In this document: positions 30,015 to 39,147 of the stretch, one piece after another | How positions within the stretch are numbered: the first letter of the stretch is position 1 | Layout: every line of letters begins with the position of its first letter | Source: an uncultured Gammaproteobacteria bacterium | GTDB lineage: Bacteria > Patescibacteriota > Patescibacteriia > Magasanikbacterales > GWA2-37-8 | Assembly (NCBI GenBank): GCA_964641245.1 | Contig: CAZXML010000001.1 | Span: forward strand, 127,959 to 191,958 | Direction of reading: 5' to 3' | Length of the DNA stretch: 64,000 nucleotides | Translations under genes and position numbers: made by a program | The notes under the pieces: generated by a model | The model's input: the letters and a program-made list of their open reading frames with translations, nothing else | Told to the model about the DNA's origin: nothing | The model's database searches: none

Positions 30015-30043
30015 TTGTCAAACTCAAAACTTTATGATACTAT
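30015..30043 (+). promoter_or_regulatory. candidate promoter TTGTCA-17-TACTAT for the 30056 gene
   Basis: Hexamers and spacing were read directly from the sequence. Confidence 0.35.
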
Positions 30044-30055
30044 TGATGGGTAAAT

Positions 30056-32287
30056 ATGTACAAAAAGATGCAAAAAATCCTCACCTTTACCACGCTGGTT
30101 GGCTTGTTTTTGTATTTGCCGATAAGAGCTTTGGCGCAAGCTGAATTTAACCCCCAATTTATAATTTCGGATGAAGAAATGCAGAGCACGGCCAACTGGA
30201 CAGCATCCGATGTACATAAATTTCTACAGGACAGGGGCAGTTACCTGACAACACTAATTGCAGAAGATGCGGACGGTATTCTAAAATCAGCGGCAGAAAT
30301 TATTTATAATACGGCGGCAAAATATCAAATAAATCCAAAATTTTTACTCGTCACTTTACAAAAAGAACAAAGCCTGGTTACGGACGACACCCCAACTCAA
30401 AAACAACTGGATTGGGCCACGGGCTACGGCGTCTGCGACAGCTGTGATTTAAACGGCGATGCCCTCTTAAAATATAAAGGTTTTGGTAAACAGGTAGACA
30501 ATGCGGGCGGGCTCATCCGCTGGTATTACAACAATACCGACAAATCATTCGTCAAGAAAAAAGATCAGAATACTACTATAGACAGTCAGATTATCATGCC
30601 CCAAAGCTGGGCCACGGCTTTTTTGTATACTTATACGCCACACATCCACGGCAACAAAAATTTTTGGCGTATTTGGAACACCTGGTTCAGCCAAATTTAT
30701 CCCAACGGCACCTTGCTTCGCTCCGCTTCCAGCAGTGAAGTTTGGTTAATTCAAAACAACGTCAAACGTAAATTTAAAAACCAAGCCACTTTGCTAAGCC
30801 GCGCCGATCCAAAAATGATCGTGGCGGTGGTTGATTCCGAATTAAGCAACTACCAAACCGGGTCGGAAATATCTTTTCCAAATTATTCCGTGTTAAAAAC
30901 GGCCAATACTTTTTATCTTTTAGATTATGACACTCTGCGTCCATTTGCTTCCGCCGAAGTGGTGCGGCAGATTGGTTATAACCCCGATGAGTTTATAGAA
31001 ATCAACGACGTGGATATTGCCGGCTACCCCATCGGCTCCATAATTAACGCTTCCACCACCGCGCCTCAAGGAAAAATTTATCAGATTACCGATTTAAACA
31101 ATTCTTATTATTTATTTAAGGATAATGTTTTATATCCAATCACCGATAAAGGAATTATTGCCATCAATTACAAAGATCTGCCGGTAGAAAAACACAAAGT
31201 TAAAGACATAAAAAATTTATCGGTAGCGGATTTACCGATTAACTTCAAGGACGGGACCTTGCTCCGGATTGCCGACAGCAGTAATGTTTATGTTATAGAA
31301 AACGGCAAGAAACGCCTGATTGCGGATGTGGATACTTTTGCCGCGCTGGGTTACAATCGAACCAACGTAATCGCCGTCAGCGCTTTTACAGCCACCAATA
31401 TTTTAAATGGCGAACCTATTTTTATTAACGGCAGTCTTATTTCCTCCCGCAACAAATATTTGGGAGACAGTGAAATAAAAGTGGATGATATCTTTGGCCG
31501 CGCCCAAGGCGGGCAGGCAAGTAAAATTCCCGCATACCTGGTGGCCGAATATCCCAGTGGCCGTATTATTTCCGGAAAAAATATAGACCAGTCACGTTCT
31601 ATCGCATCACTTGTCAAATTACTGGTGGCCTACGAAGCTTTAAACCAAGATTTTAATTTGGCAAAATCATCCGTTTATTCCAAAACAAAAGACGGCGCCG
31701 CCGGAAATAATTTATCGTTGCGAAATGGAGCGAAAATAAAAAATGTAGATTTATTCAACGCCATGCTTATCGGCTCTACTAATAACACCGCCCGCCTTAT
31801 CGCCCATTCCACCAGCCTCACCGAAAAAACTTTTATAGACAGCATGAATAAAAGGCTTGATAACTGGGGCGCGGATGATACCAAAATTACCGATGTCACC
31901 GGTTTGGACGCCAAAAATAAATCTACTCCACGCAATTTGTTAAAAATATTTACGCGTATTCTGGAGAATCCAAATTTAAAATCAACATTGGCCAAAACTA
32001 AATACACTTTCAAGGAACTGGCCGGCAAGGTTTCGGCTTTAAGCCACAATATCGTAAGCCCTAGCAAATTAACCGCGCTAGCTAACGCAAAGTATAAAAT
32101 TGTAGCCGGCAAAACCGGTTCCACCGACGAGGCCGGAGTAGTTACCGTTATGCTTATAGAAGTAATTAAAACAAAAAAACAATACACGGTAATCACCATG
32201 GGAAGCAAAGACCAAAAAAATCAGGAGGCCAACAACCTCGCCAAATGGATTTCCACCGGCGATGTCAAGATATCAAATAGTAATTAG
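30056..32287 (+). CDS. secreted protein: an N-terminal ~450 aa region of repeated beta-rich modules fused to a C-terminal serine-type D-Ala-D-Ala carboxypeptidase / beta-lactamase-fold domain
   Basis: Signal peptide. Recurrent modules are 'VWLIQNNVKRKF', 'FYLLDYDTLRPF', 'YYLFKDNVLYPI' and 'VYVIENGKKRLI'. The C-terminal domain carries SxxK 'SIASLVK', SxN 'STNN' and KTG 'AGKTGST'. Confidence 0.55.
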   Translation: MYKKMQKILTFTTLVGLFLYLPIRALAQAEFNPQFIISDEEMQSTANWTASDVHKFLQDRGSYLTTLIAEDADGILKSAAEIIYNTAAKYQINPKFLLVTLQKEQSLVTDDTPTQKQLDWATGYGVCDSCDLNGDALLKYKGFGKQVDNAGGLIRWYYNNTDKSFVKKKDQNTTIDSQIIMPQSWATAFLYTYTPHIHGNKNFWRIWNTWFSQIYPNGTLLRSASSSEVWLIQNNVKRKFKNQATLLSRADPKMIVAVVDSELSNYQTGSEISFPNYSVLKTANTFYLLDYDTLRPFASAEVVRQIGYNPDEFIEINDVDIAGYPIGSIINASTTAPQGKIYQITDLNNSYYLFKDNVLYPITDKGIIAINYKDLPVEKHKVKDIKNLSVADLPINFKDGTLLRIADSSNVYVIENGKKRLIADVDTFAALGYNRTNVIAVSAFTATNILNGEPIFINGSLISSRNKYLGDSEIKVDDIFGRAQGGQASKIPAYLVAEYPSGRIISGKNIDQSRSIASLVKLLVAYEALNQDFNLAKSSVYSKTKDGAAGNNLSLRNGAKIKNVDLFNAMLIGSTNNTARLIAHSTSLTEKTFIDSMNKRLDNWGADDTKITDVTGLDAKNKSTPRNLLKIFTRILENPNLKSTLAKTKYTFKELAGKVSALSHNIVSPSKLTALANAKYKIVAGKTGSTDEAGVVTVMLIEVIKTKKQYTVITMGSKDQKNQEANNLAKWISTGDVKISNSN

Positions 32288-32323
32288 AATTTAGGATTTA
32301 GAATTTAGTATTTATTAATTTAT

Positions 32324-33121
32324 ATGTCCCTAGTTTTCGCCGCCATTACCCCGCATCCTCCCCTACTCATTCCCAGCATCGGCAAGGAATCTCTAAAAAA
32401 ATTGGAGAAAACAAAAATCGCCATGGAGCAGATGGAGAAGGATTTATATTTAACTCATCCGGAAATTATCGTGGTCATTTCTCCCCACGGCAGTTATTTT
32501 AACGATGCTTTTACTCTTAACGTCTGCACCCACTATCAAACCGACATGCGCGAATTTGGCGATTTGGCGACGAAAATAAAATTTCACGGGGAAACTCATT
32601 TGTCCACGCTAATTCGCGAGGGCACTAAAAAAAACCATATCCCCGCTACCATGGTCAGCGAACAAAATTTGGACCATGGTTCATCGGTGCCATTATCCTA
32701 TCTCACGAAACATTTAAAAAATGTAAAAATAATTCAGATTGGTTTTTGCGATCTGGATTGGAAAACCCACGTTGCTTTTGGCGCCATGATTGCGGATAAA
32801 ATTGCGGAAACAAATAAACGGGTGGCGGTCATTGCATCCGGAGATTTATCTCACGCTTTAATTTCCGACGCTCCTGCCGGCTATAATCCCGCCGGTCCGG
32901 AATTTGACCGAAAAATCCAGGATCTGCTGTCCGCTAACAACCTGTCCGGCATGTTACAGCTGGACAAGCAGTTTGTTACAGACGCGTCCGAATGCGGATT
33001 CCGGTCATTTTTAATTTTAATGGGCATTTTGCAAGGCGTTCATCATACCTATAAATCATACTCATACGAAGGGCCGTTTGGCGTTGGTTATCTTACCGCC
33101 AACTTCGCCTTGTCCATATAA
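32324..33121 (+). CDS. class III extradiol dioxygenase-fold protein (LigB/Memo-like)
   Basis: 'AAITPHPPLLIP' and 'VVISPHGS' match the family. Confidence 0.45.
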   Translation: MSLVFAAITPHPPLLIPSIGKESLKKLEKTKIAMEQMEKDLYLTHPEIIVVISPHGSYFNDAFTLNVCTHYQTDMREFGDLATKIKFHGETHLSTLIREGTKKNHIPATMVSEQNLDHGSSVPLSYLTKHLKNVKIIQIGFCDLDWKTHVAFGAMIADKIAETNKRVAVIASGDLSHALISDAPAGYNPAGPEFDRKIQDLLSANNLSGMLQLDKQFVTDASECGFRSFLILMGILQGVHHTYKSYSYEGPFGVGYLTANFALSI

Positions 33122-33126
33122 CCTAA

Positions 33127-33233
33127 CTGTCATCCCGAATGAGCCGTAGCGACGAGGGATCTAAACCGATAAAAGAAAATTTTTTTTAATTTGAATAGAT
33201 CCCTCGTCGGCTAAGGCCTCGCTCGGGATGACA
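33127..33233. repeat. inverted pair of GTCATCC-family hairpin repeats. Left unit 33127-33161, right unit 33197-33233.
   Basis: 'tgtcatcccgaatgagccgtagcgacgagggatct' ... 'agatccctcgtcggctaaggcctcgctcgggatgaca'. The right unit is identical over 37 nt to 52521-52557. Confidence 0.7.
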
Positions 33234-33248
33234 GGTTGTGACTTGAAT

Positions 33249-35126
33249 ATGATAATACAAATAATTCCGGCCAAAAGAATGCCTCTGTCATTGCCTTTTT
33301 TAGATTATTCCGTTCCGGTTGATTTGGAAAATAAAATAAAAATCGGGCAACTGGTAAAAATTCCTTTTCGCAACAAGGAAGAGTTCGGCGTTGTTTTAGA
33401 AATCAAATCATCCGACAAGGCAAATATAAAGACCAAGCCGATTATCGGAGTCGTTTTTTTAGAACCCATTTTATCCAAGGAACAACTGGGTTTTTTGATG
33501 GATATTTCCGAATTTTATCATGTTTCATTGGGATTTTTACTGAAGGGAAATTTATTGCCATTGCAAAAAACAAAATTGAAAAAAGTTGCCTCCTCAAGTA
33601 AAGTTGCCACCACGAACTTACGCAAACCAACCAAGCCCGAAGTTTTTATTCATAAAAACGAGGAAGAAAAGGCGGAAATTATTATTAAAAAAATATCCGC
33701 GGGACAGAATTTGATTCTGGTTCCGGAATTAACCGCGATTAAAAAAATTACCGACATTCTACCGCAAAATATTTTAAATCGCGCCATAACCATCACCAGC
33801 GAATTATCCGTCAAGGAACTTTTCGTCAAATGGCTGCAAATCTGGTCCGGGGAAAAAGATATTGTTATCGGCACCAGAACGGCTCTATTTTTTCCATGGT
33901 TCAACTTAACCAATATTATTTTAACGGACGAAGGAAATTCAAATTACAAAAGCTGGGATATGGCGCCCCGCCTGCACACGCGCGACGCGGCCTTATTTTT
34001 ATCCAAGCACCACGGCGCTAAACTAACCCTGCTTTCTCATACCCTTTCCGTGGAAAGTTACTATTTTGCCAAAAATAAAGTCTATAACACTACTCACGAC
34101 CTGAAAATTGAACCCTTAAACAAAACTACGGAAATTGTGGATATAAAATCGGAACGGCGCGGCGGCAATTACAGCCTGGTGAGCGTGGATGTTTTAAATG
34201 AATTCAAGAAAAATAAAACCGGCGATGTTGTATTCTTTCTTAACCGGCGAGGAACTGCCGGCTATGTCGGCTGTAGAGACTGTGGCAATGTTTTAAAATG
34301 CCCACATTGCAAACTCTCCTTAACTTATCATCAGAATAAAAATATTTTATCATGCCACTACTGCCAATTTTCCGAACCGATGCCGGTTGTTTGTAAAAAA
34401 TGCGACGGCGTTAATGTGGCAACTCTTGGCGCCGGCACTCAATTAGCCGAGGAATTGGTAAAAAAAATTACGGAAAAAACCAATGACACGCGTCCGGTTA
34501 TCAGATTAGACAGCGACGAAAACGAATTGGAAAAACTTAAGGCGGACGAAGATCAGATCGTAATTTGCACGCAACTGGCCTGGCCGCATCTGGCATGGAA
34601 CAAAATAAAATTATTTGTTTTTCTGGACGCTGACGCGCCGCTTTTTATTCCCGAATATAAAGTAATTGAAAATCTTTGGCAACAAATCCGCGACGTCCAA
34701 TATAAACTAACTGAAGGGTCTGCCTTCCTTATTCAGACTGGCTATCCGGAACATCTGGTTTTTAAATCATTATACGATCCGGATTTGTTTTATTCCGAAC
34801 AATTGGCCGAACGCCGTGTTTTAGGCTACCCGCCATACAAATATATGCTTAAACTGTTTGCAGGCGACCCAAAATCAGCTATAATTGAGGGCGAAGCGGA
34901 GAAAATTACGGCTAAACTCACCAGCTTGACTAAAGGGCTTTCCGGGGTTAAGATACTTGGTCCGCTGGAATCGTCGCCTTATTACCACGGCGGACAATAT
35001 TGGCAAGTAATCTTAGCCAAAATAGGCTACGAAAACTACAAGCAAACTACCAAACTACTTCTGTCCAATATACCAGAAAACTGGAAAGTAGACCCAAATC
35101 CGGGTTCATTAATATACTTTTATTAG
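33249..35126 (+). CDS. priA: primosomal protein N' (PriA) homolog with degenerate helicase motifs
   Basis: N-terminal 3'-DNA-binding-like domain. Cys-rich zinc region 'CRDCGNVLKCPHCKLSLTYH..CHYCQF..CKKCDG'. Walker A is absent, motif II is 'TDEGNS' rather than DEEHD, and motif III is 'LSHTLS'. I chose the start at 33249 because the ATG at 33228 lies inside the repeat. Confidence 0.7.
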   Translation: MIIQIIPAKRMPLSLPFLDYSVPVDLENKIKIGQLVKIPFRNKEEFGVVLEIKSSDKANIKTKPIIGVVFLEPILSKEQLGFLMDISEFYHVSLGFLLKGNLLPLQKTKLKKVASSSKVATTNLRKPTKPEVFIHKNEEEKAEIIIKKISAGQNLILVPELTAIKKITDILPQNILNRAITITSELSVKELFVKWLQIWSGEKDIVIGTRTALFFPWFNLTNIILTDEGNSNYKSWDMAPRLHTRDAALFLSKHHGAKLTLLSHTLSVESYYFAKNKVYNTTHDLKIEPLNKTTEIVDIKSERRGGNYSLVSVDVLNEFKKNKTGDVVFFLNRRGTAGYVGCRDCGNVLKCPHCKLSLTYHQNKNILSCHYCQFSEPMPVVCKKCDGVNVATLGAGTQLAEELVKKITEKTNDTRPVIRLDSDENELEKLKADEDQIVICTQLAWPHLAWNKIKLFVFLDADAPLFIPEYKVIENLWQQIRDVQYKLTEGSAFLIQTGYPEHLVFKSLYDPDLFYSEQLAERRVLGYPPYKYMLKLFAGDPKSAIIEGEAEKITAKLTSLTKGLSGVKILGPLESSPYYHGGQYWQVILAKIGYENYKQTTKLLLSNIPENWKVDPNPGSLIYFY

Positions 35127-35127
35127 C

Positions 35128-35619
35128 ATGCTACTACCCATCACAATGGAACCTGACCCTCTTTTACATAAGGTTTCCAAAAATTTAACCGCCGAACAAA
35201 TAAACTCCAAAGAAACAAAGGAGTTTGTTGTCAATCTGATAGAAACTATGTATGCCAAAGACGGCGTGGGCATTGCTTCGGTTCAGGTTGGCAACCCGAT
35301 TCAGCTGTGTGTCATTGCGGCCGCATTTACTCCGGAAAAATTAAACGATTTGGTTCTGATCAATCCTACATTTACAAAAGTTTCCGTTCTTCGTTCCTGG
35401 GATGAAGAAGGGTGTCTTTCCGTTCCTAATATTTACGGTTCGGTAAGACGGTTTAAAAAAATAAAAGTATCGGCCTTGGATAGCGACGGTAAAAAAATTG
35501 AGTTTGTGGCCACAGATTTTTTTGCCAGAATTATTCAACATGAAATCGACCACTTGAACGGAATTTTGTTTATTGAGAAAGCAAAAAAATTACATACGTT
35601 TGATAAAGAAAAGTTGTAA
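35128..35619 (+). CDS. def: peptide deformylase
   Basis: 'GVGIASVQVG', 'EGCLSVP' and 'QHEIDHLNG'. Confidence 0.85.
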   Translation: MLLPITMEPDPLLHKVSKNLTAEQINSKETKEFVVNLIETMYAKDGVGIASVQVGNPIQLCVIAAAFTPEKLNDLVLINPTFTKVSVLRSWDEEGCLSVPNIYGSVRRFKKIKVSALDSDGKKIEFVATDFFARIIQHEIDHLNGILFIEKAKKLHTFDKEKL

Positions 35620-35638
35620 ACTAGGGCGCGGGGTTTAG

Positions 35639-35708
35639 TTGTCATCCTGAACTTGTTTCAGGATCTATCACGACTAACCAAGATGCTGAAACAAGTTCAG
35701 CATGACAA
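35639..35708. repeat. inverted pair of GTCATCC-family hairpin repeats between def and fmt
   Basis: Left unit 'ttgtcatcctgaacttgtttcaggatct' at 35639-35666. Right unit 'tgaaacaagttcagcatgacaa' at 35687-35708. The left unit is identical over 28 nt to the reverse complement of 58202-58229. Confidence 0.7.
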
Positions 35709-35714
35709 AAAAAT

Positions 35715-36674
35715 ATGCAAAAAACAAAAATTATTTTCTTCGGCACACAAGATTTTGCCGCCACTATTTTACAGGGATTGCTGGACAGCGATATTGTTTC
35801 GGTTGAAATGGTATTTACCCAGCCGGATAGAAAAACCGGACGTAAACAAATTATAGAAGAATCCCCGGTTAAAAAACTGGCAAAAAAATATAATATTTCC
35901 GTTGAGCAACCCGAGTCGCTAAAAAATTTACAATTTCTCCCGACTGCTAATCGGGATTCTCGATTCACAAACGGTACAATTTCCAATATTCCACTCGGCA
36001 TCGTTGCCCAGTACGGTCTTATTATCCCAAAAACCATCATCGATTCATTTTCCAAGGGAATGATTAATGTTCACGGCTCGCTTTTGCCAAAATATCGTGG
36101 CGCCTCCCCTATCCAGGCCGCGCTGGCAAACGGAGCCAAAGAGACCGGTATCACTATTATTTCCATGGACGAAAAAATGGATCATGGGCCGATTTTATCG
36201 CAGGCTACAACAGTAATTGACAAGAATGACACCTACACCACCCTAGCCTCAAAACTGGCCGCGGAAGGCCTTATTTTGCTGTTAAACACCCTTCCGGAAT
36301 GGTTAAATGGCACCCTAAAAGCCGAGTCGCAAGACGAGAGCCAGGCCACTTTCACCAAGCTTCTGACCAAAGAAGATGGGCTGGTTGATTTTAGCAAGGC
36401 TAACGAAGAAATATATAATCAATGGCGTGGTCTTACCCCTTGGCCGGGAATCTGGACAATGTGGAACGGTAAACGGCTTAAACTTTTAAAAATAAAAAAA
36501 TCAGATAAATCATTAACCGCCAGACAAGTAAGCGTGGAAGAACAGAGGATGTTTATCGGTTGTGGAGAAAAATCGATAGAAGTGCTGGAACTGCAAATGG
36601 AAGGAAAAAATCCCATGGACGCAAAAATTTTCTTAAGCGGTTACTCAAGTATTAACGGCGCGAAACTAAATTAG
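35715..36674 (+). CDS. fmt: methionyl-tRNA formyltransferase
   Basis: 'IIFFGTQDFA' and 'INVHGSLLPKYRGASPIQ', plus the C-terminal domain. Confidence 0.85.
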   Translation: MQKTKIIFFGTQDFAATILQGLLDSDIVSVEMVFTQPDRKTGRKQIIEESPVKKLAKKYNISVEQPESLKNLQFLPTANRDSRFTNGTISNIPLGIVAQYGLIIPKTIIDSFSKGMINVHGSLLPKYRGASPIQAALANGAKETGITIISMDEKMDHGPILSQATTVIDKNDTYTTLASKLAAEGLILLLNTLPEWLNGTLKAESQDESQATFTKLLTKEDGLVDFSKANEEIYNQWRGLTPWPGIWTMWNGKRLKLLKIKKSDKSLTARQVSVEEQRMFIGCGEKSIEVLELQMEGKNPMDAKIFLSGYSSINGAKLN

Positions 36675-36686
36675 TTTCGCGTTTTT
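36659..36686 (+). terminator. rho-independent terminator overlapping the fmt stop codon
   Basis: 'cgcgaaac-taaatta-gtttcgcg' followed by 'ttttt'. Confidence 0.5.
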
Positions 36687-37638
36687 AAATAGGTAAGAGA
36701 GAAATCCAAAACGGCAATGAGACCACCGAAAGAATAGTGCTAAGCACGATTGAACGGGAGATAAAATCTTTATTTAAATTATATCTGTCTGCCAGCGCAA
36801 ACGGCGTAATGGCGAGTGGCATGGCCGCTTCTATAATTGAAGCGGAAAATTGAGCGGGTAGAAATCCAAAAAGTTGAGCTCCTAAATAAAACATTGACGG
36901 CAATCCAACCAAAGTAACCAGCGAAAACAAAAACACCGGAACCCATTCGGATAATTTTCCAATTTTCGATTTGCCGATAAAAAGTCCGATAACCACCAAA
37001 ACCGTTGGGGTTACGGAGGCGCTAATCATATCTAAAGATTTTAATATAACATCCGGCAAAGTAATCCCGACGGCGCTTACCGCAATGCCGAAAAAAACCG
37101 CCAGCAGTAATGGGCTTTTCACAAGTCCCTTTAAAAAATCCTTAATGATATTTTTTTTCTTTTTATCAAAACAATACTCCAGATACCCGGTACCAACCGT
37201 AAACTGCCAAAGCAGATAAACCGCCACTATTAAACTGGCTACCGGAATTATTTTAACGCCCGCGATTTGGGTTAACACGGGAATTCCCAGATAAGCAATA
37301 TTACTGAACCCAAAACAAATAAACAAAGTCATAGCCATTTGTTTATTTAAGCGTAAAATTTTGGCAATTATAATTGCCAGCGCAAAACTGACAAGAAGAA
37401 ATAATGAATTGGAAAGTATCAGTAATATTTCCCCCTGCTTAAAGGAAAAACTGGTTTTGGCTAAGGCTGAAAAAATTAATGCGGGCAAACCTATTTTTAA
37501 AGCAAACTCATTAAGAACTCTCGACCAGTCATCGCCTATATTCTTGAATTTCTGCAATAAAGCAGTGGCAAAAATGATTAAAAATAACGGGGCAATGACG
37601 GATAATATCTGAAGCATATAGCTTGGATTATTAAGCAA
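36685..37638 (-). CDS. auxin-efflux-carrier (AEC) family permease
   Basis: 10-TM topology with 'LPALIFSALAK'-type segments. Confidence 0.55.
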   Translation of the reverse strand: MLNNPSYMLQILSVIAPLFLIIFATALLQKFKNIGDDWSRVLNEFALKIGLPALIFSALAKTSFSFKQGEILLILSNSLFLLVSFALAIIIAKILRLNKQMAMTLFICFGFSNIAYLGIPVLTQIAGVKIIPVASLIVAVYLLWQFTVGTGYLEYCFDKKKKNIIKDFLKGLVKSPLLLAVFFGIAVSAVGITLPDVILKSLDMISASVTPTVLVVIGLFIGKSKIGKLSEWVPVFLFSLVTLVGLPSMFYLGAQLFGFLPAQFSASIIEAAMPLAITPFALADRYNLNKDFISRSIVLSTILSVVSLPFWISLLPI

Positions 37639-37695
37639 GTGATGTTATAATTTTAACATATCTGATACTAATAAGCTAACTGGCTACAAGCTAAC

Positions 37696-39129
37696 ATGAA
37701 CGCTTCTACCCTTACAAAAAGACCAATCCCCTTATTCCTTGCCCTATACTTTGGCTTGCGAATTTTTTCCTATTTCTTCAGCCCAGGAACCCCATTATAC
37801 TTGGGCAACCCTATAAATTGGATTGTTTCCGTTGGAATCCTACTACTTACTACCTACTACTTACTACTTCGCAATGACGAGCGTGGCTGGCTGATTATTG
37901 CCGGAGAGTTAATTTTGGGTGGGGCGGGCGGCTTTTTGGAGATAAGAGGTGTTTCTTTGCGAACTTTGTTGCTAATATCCGCAATGGCAATTTTTGTATA
38001 TCATGTTTTAAAAAATAAACAATTTGACGTAATTGGGAGCAAAAGAACTCTATTGCTTATATTCAAAGCCTTGTTCGTGATAATTGGCCTGTCCGCCATG
38101 CGCGGTTACTATTTTGGTCACAATCTTAAACTGGTCTTGGCCGATACCATTCCATATCTTTTCCTCTTATACTACTTCCCGCTCAAACAACTTCTTCAAT
38201 CCGAAACATTTCGTCGCACATCGTTTAACATGTTAATTGCGGCAATAATCGGCAATTTTATTTTTATATATCTGACCCTGGCCGGATTTTCTTCCGGAGT
38301 TTTTGCTCTGCAGGATTCCTACTACCATTGGTTCAGAGATGTAGCCGGCGGCAAGATTACCGACTACGGCACCGGATTTTTTAGAATACTGACAAATGAA
38401 CAATTATTGATTGTGCCGTTGTTGATATTTTTCATCGGAAATATTATTCGCCAACCCACCCCTACCCCGCCCAAGCGGGGAATTACAAGTTTTGGCCTCG
38501 CAATGACAGGCGCGCTATTGGCGCTACTAACAATAAATATAACCCGCATTTACCTGGTCGCGCTGGCCGTTGGTATTTTATTTTTATTCTCCGCAAAAAA
38601 TTGGAAACGCTGGCTTACCTACTCTGCCGGAGCGTTCATTTTTTTTATTTTGGCTTTTTCCCTCACTCACCTAGCCGCCACCAAGGGAAAAAGTTTGGGC
38701 TGGGAATATTTAGGATTGCGCCTGCAAAGTATTGCCATGCCGCAAATTGAAGACAGCTCGCTTAGCCGGATGATGCTTCTGCCGAAAATTCTGGAAAAAA
38801 TCAAACTTCATCCGATATTGGGCAATGGATTGGGTGATGCGGTTACAGTGTTTAGTCCAGTATTCGATGCAAACATAACAACCCCGCATTTTGACTGGGG
38901 CTATTTGGAAATAATAGACGAACTTGGTCTCGTCGGTCTCGCAACTTGGATATTAATTATTGGATATTTGATATTGAAAATTAAACAAAACAAGACCGCT
39001 CTCGCAGGTCTTGTTGGGTTGTTGGTTATAAACATCACTTCCCCGGCGCTATTTCATGTGTTGGGAGTGGTTTTTTTAATTTACTTACTAAGTAGCTATG
39101 GCGAAGTTGAACTCACCGAGTTCCACTAG
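37696..39129 (+). CDS. O-antigen ligase/polymerase (Wzy_C) family polytopic membrane protein, carrying an in-frame repeat and a 14-nt tandem duplication
   Basis: 'HFDWGYLEIIDELGLVGLATWILII' resembles the Wzy_C signature. Many TM helices. Confidence 0.5.
   Translation: MNASTLTKRPIPLFLALYFGLRIFSYFFSPGTPLYLGNPINWIVSVGILLLTTYYLLLRNDERGWLIIAGELILGGAGGFLEIRGVSLRTLLLISAMAIFVYHVLKNKQFDVIGSKRTLLLIFKALFVIIGLSAMRGYYFGHNLKLVLADTIPYLFLLYYFPLKQLLQSETFRRTSFNMLIAAIIGNFIFIYLTLAGFSSGVFALQDSYYHWFRDVAGGKITDYGTGFFRILTNEQLLIVPLLIFFIGNIIRQPTPTPPKRGITSFGLAMTGALLALLTINITRIYLVALAVGILFLFSAKNWKRWLTYSAGAFIFFILAFSLTHLAATKGKSLGWEYLGLRLQSIAMPQIEDSSLSRMMLLPKILEKIKLHPILGNGLGDAVTVFSPVFDANITTPHFDWGYLEIIDELGLVGLATWILIIGYLILKIKQNKTALAGLVGLLVINITSPALFHVLGVVFLIYLLSSYGEVELTEFH
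37840..37867. repeat. perfect tandem duplication of a 14-nt unit (ctactacttactac x2) inside the CDS
   Basis: 37840-37853 is identical to 37854-37867. The unit length is not a multiple of 3. Confidence 0.7.
38450..38484. repeat. 35-nt G/C-hairpin repeat, copy 1, in frame inside the O-antigen-ligase-like gene
   Basis: 'gccaacccacccctaccccgcccaagcggggaatt' is identical to 60448-60482. Contains the hairpin CCCCGC-ccaa-GCGGGG. It encodes 'QPTPTPPKRGI'. Confidence 0.75.
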
Positions 39130-39147
39130 TGTAAACCAAAAAACAGT

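Noticed and set aside
32288-32323. Reiterated (A/G)ATTTAG heptamers lie between the carboxypeptidase gene and the LigB-like gene.
   Set aside because: The units are short and AT-rich with no conserved spacing. They cannot be distinguished from background composition.
35925-35995. A possible ~30-nt in-frame insertion in fmt ('PTANRDSRFTNG'), containing the small hairpin AATCG-ggattct-CGATT.
   Set aside because: The linker between the Fmt N- and C-lobes is naturally length-variable. The sequence is not GC-rich and matches no repeat family copy seen elsewhere in the window.
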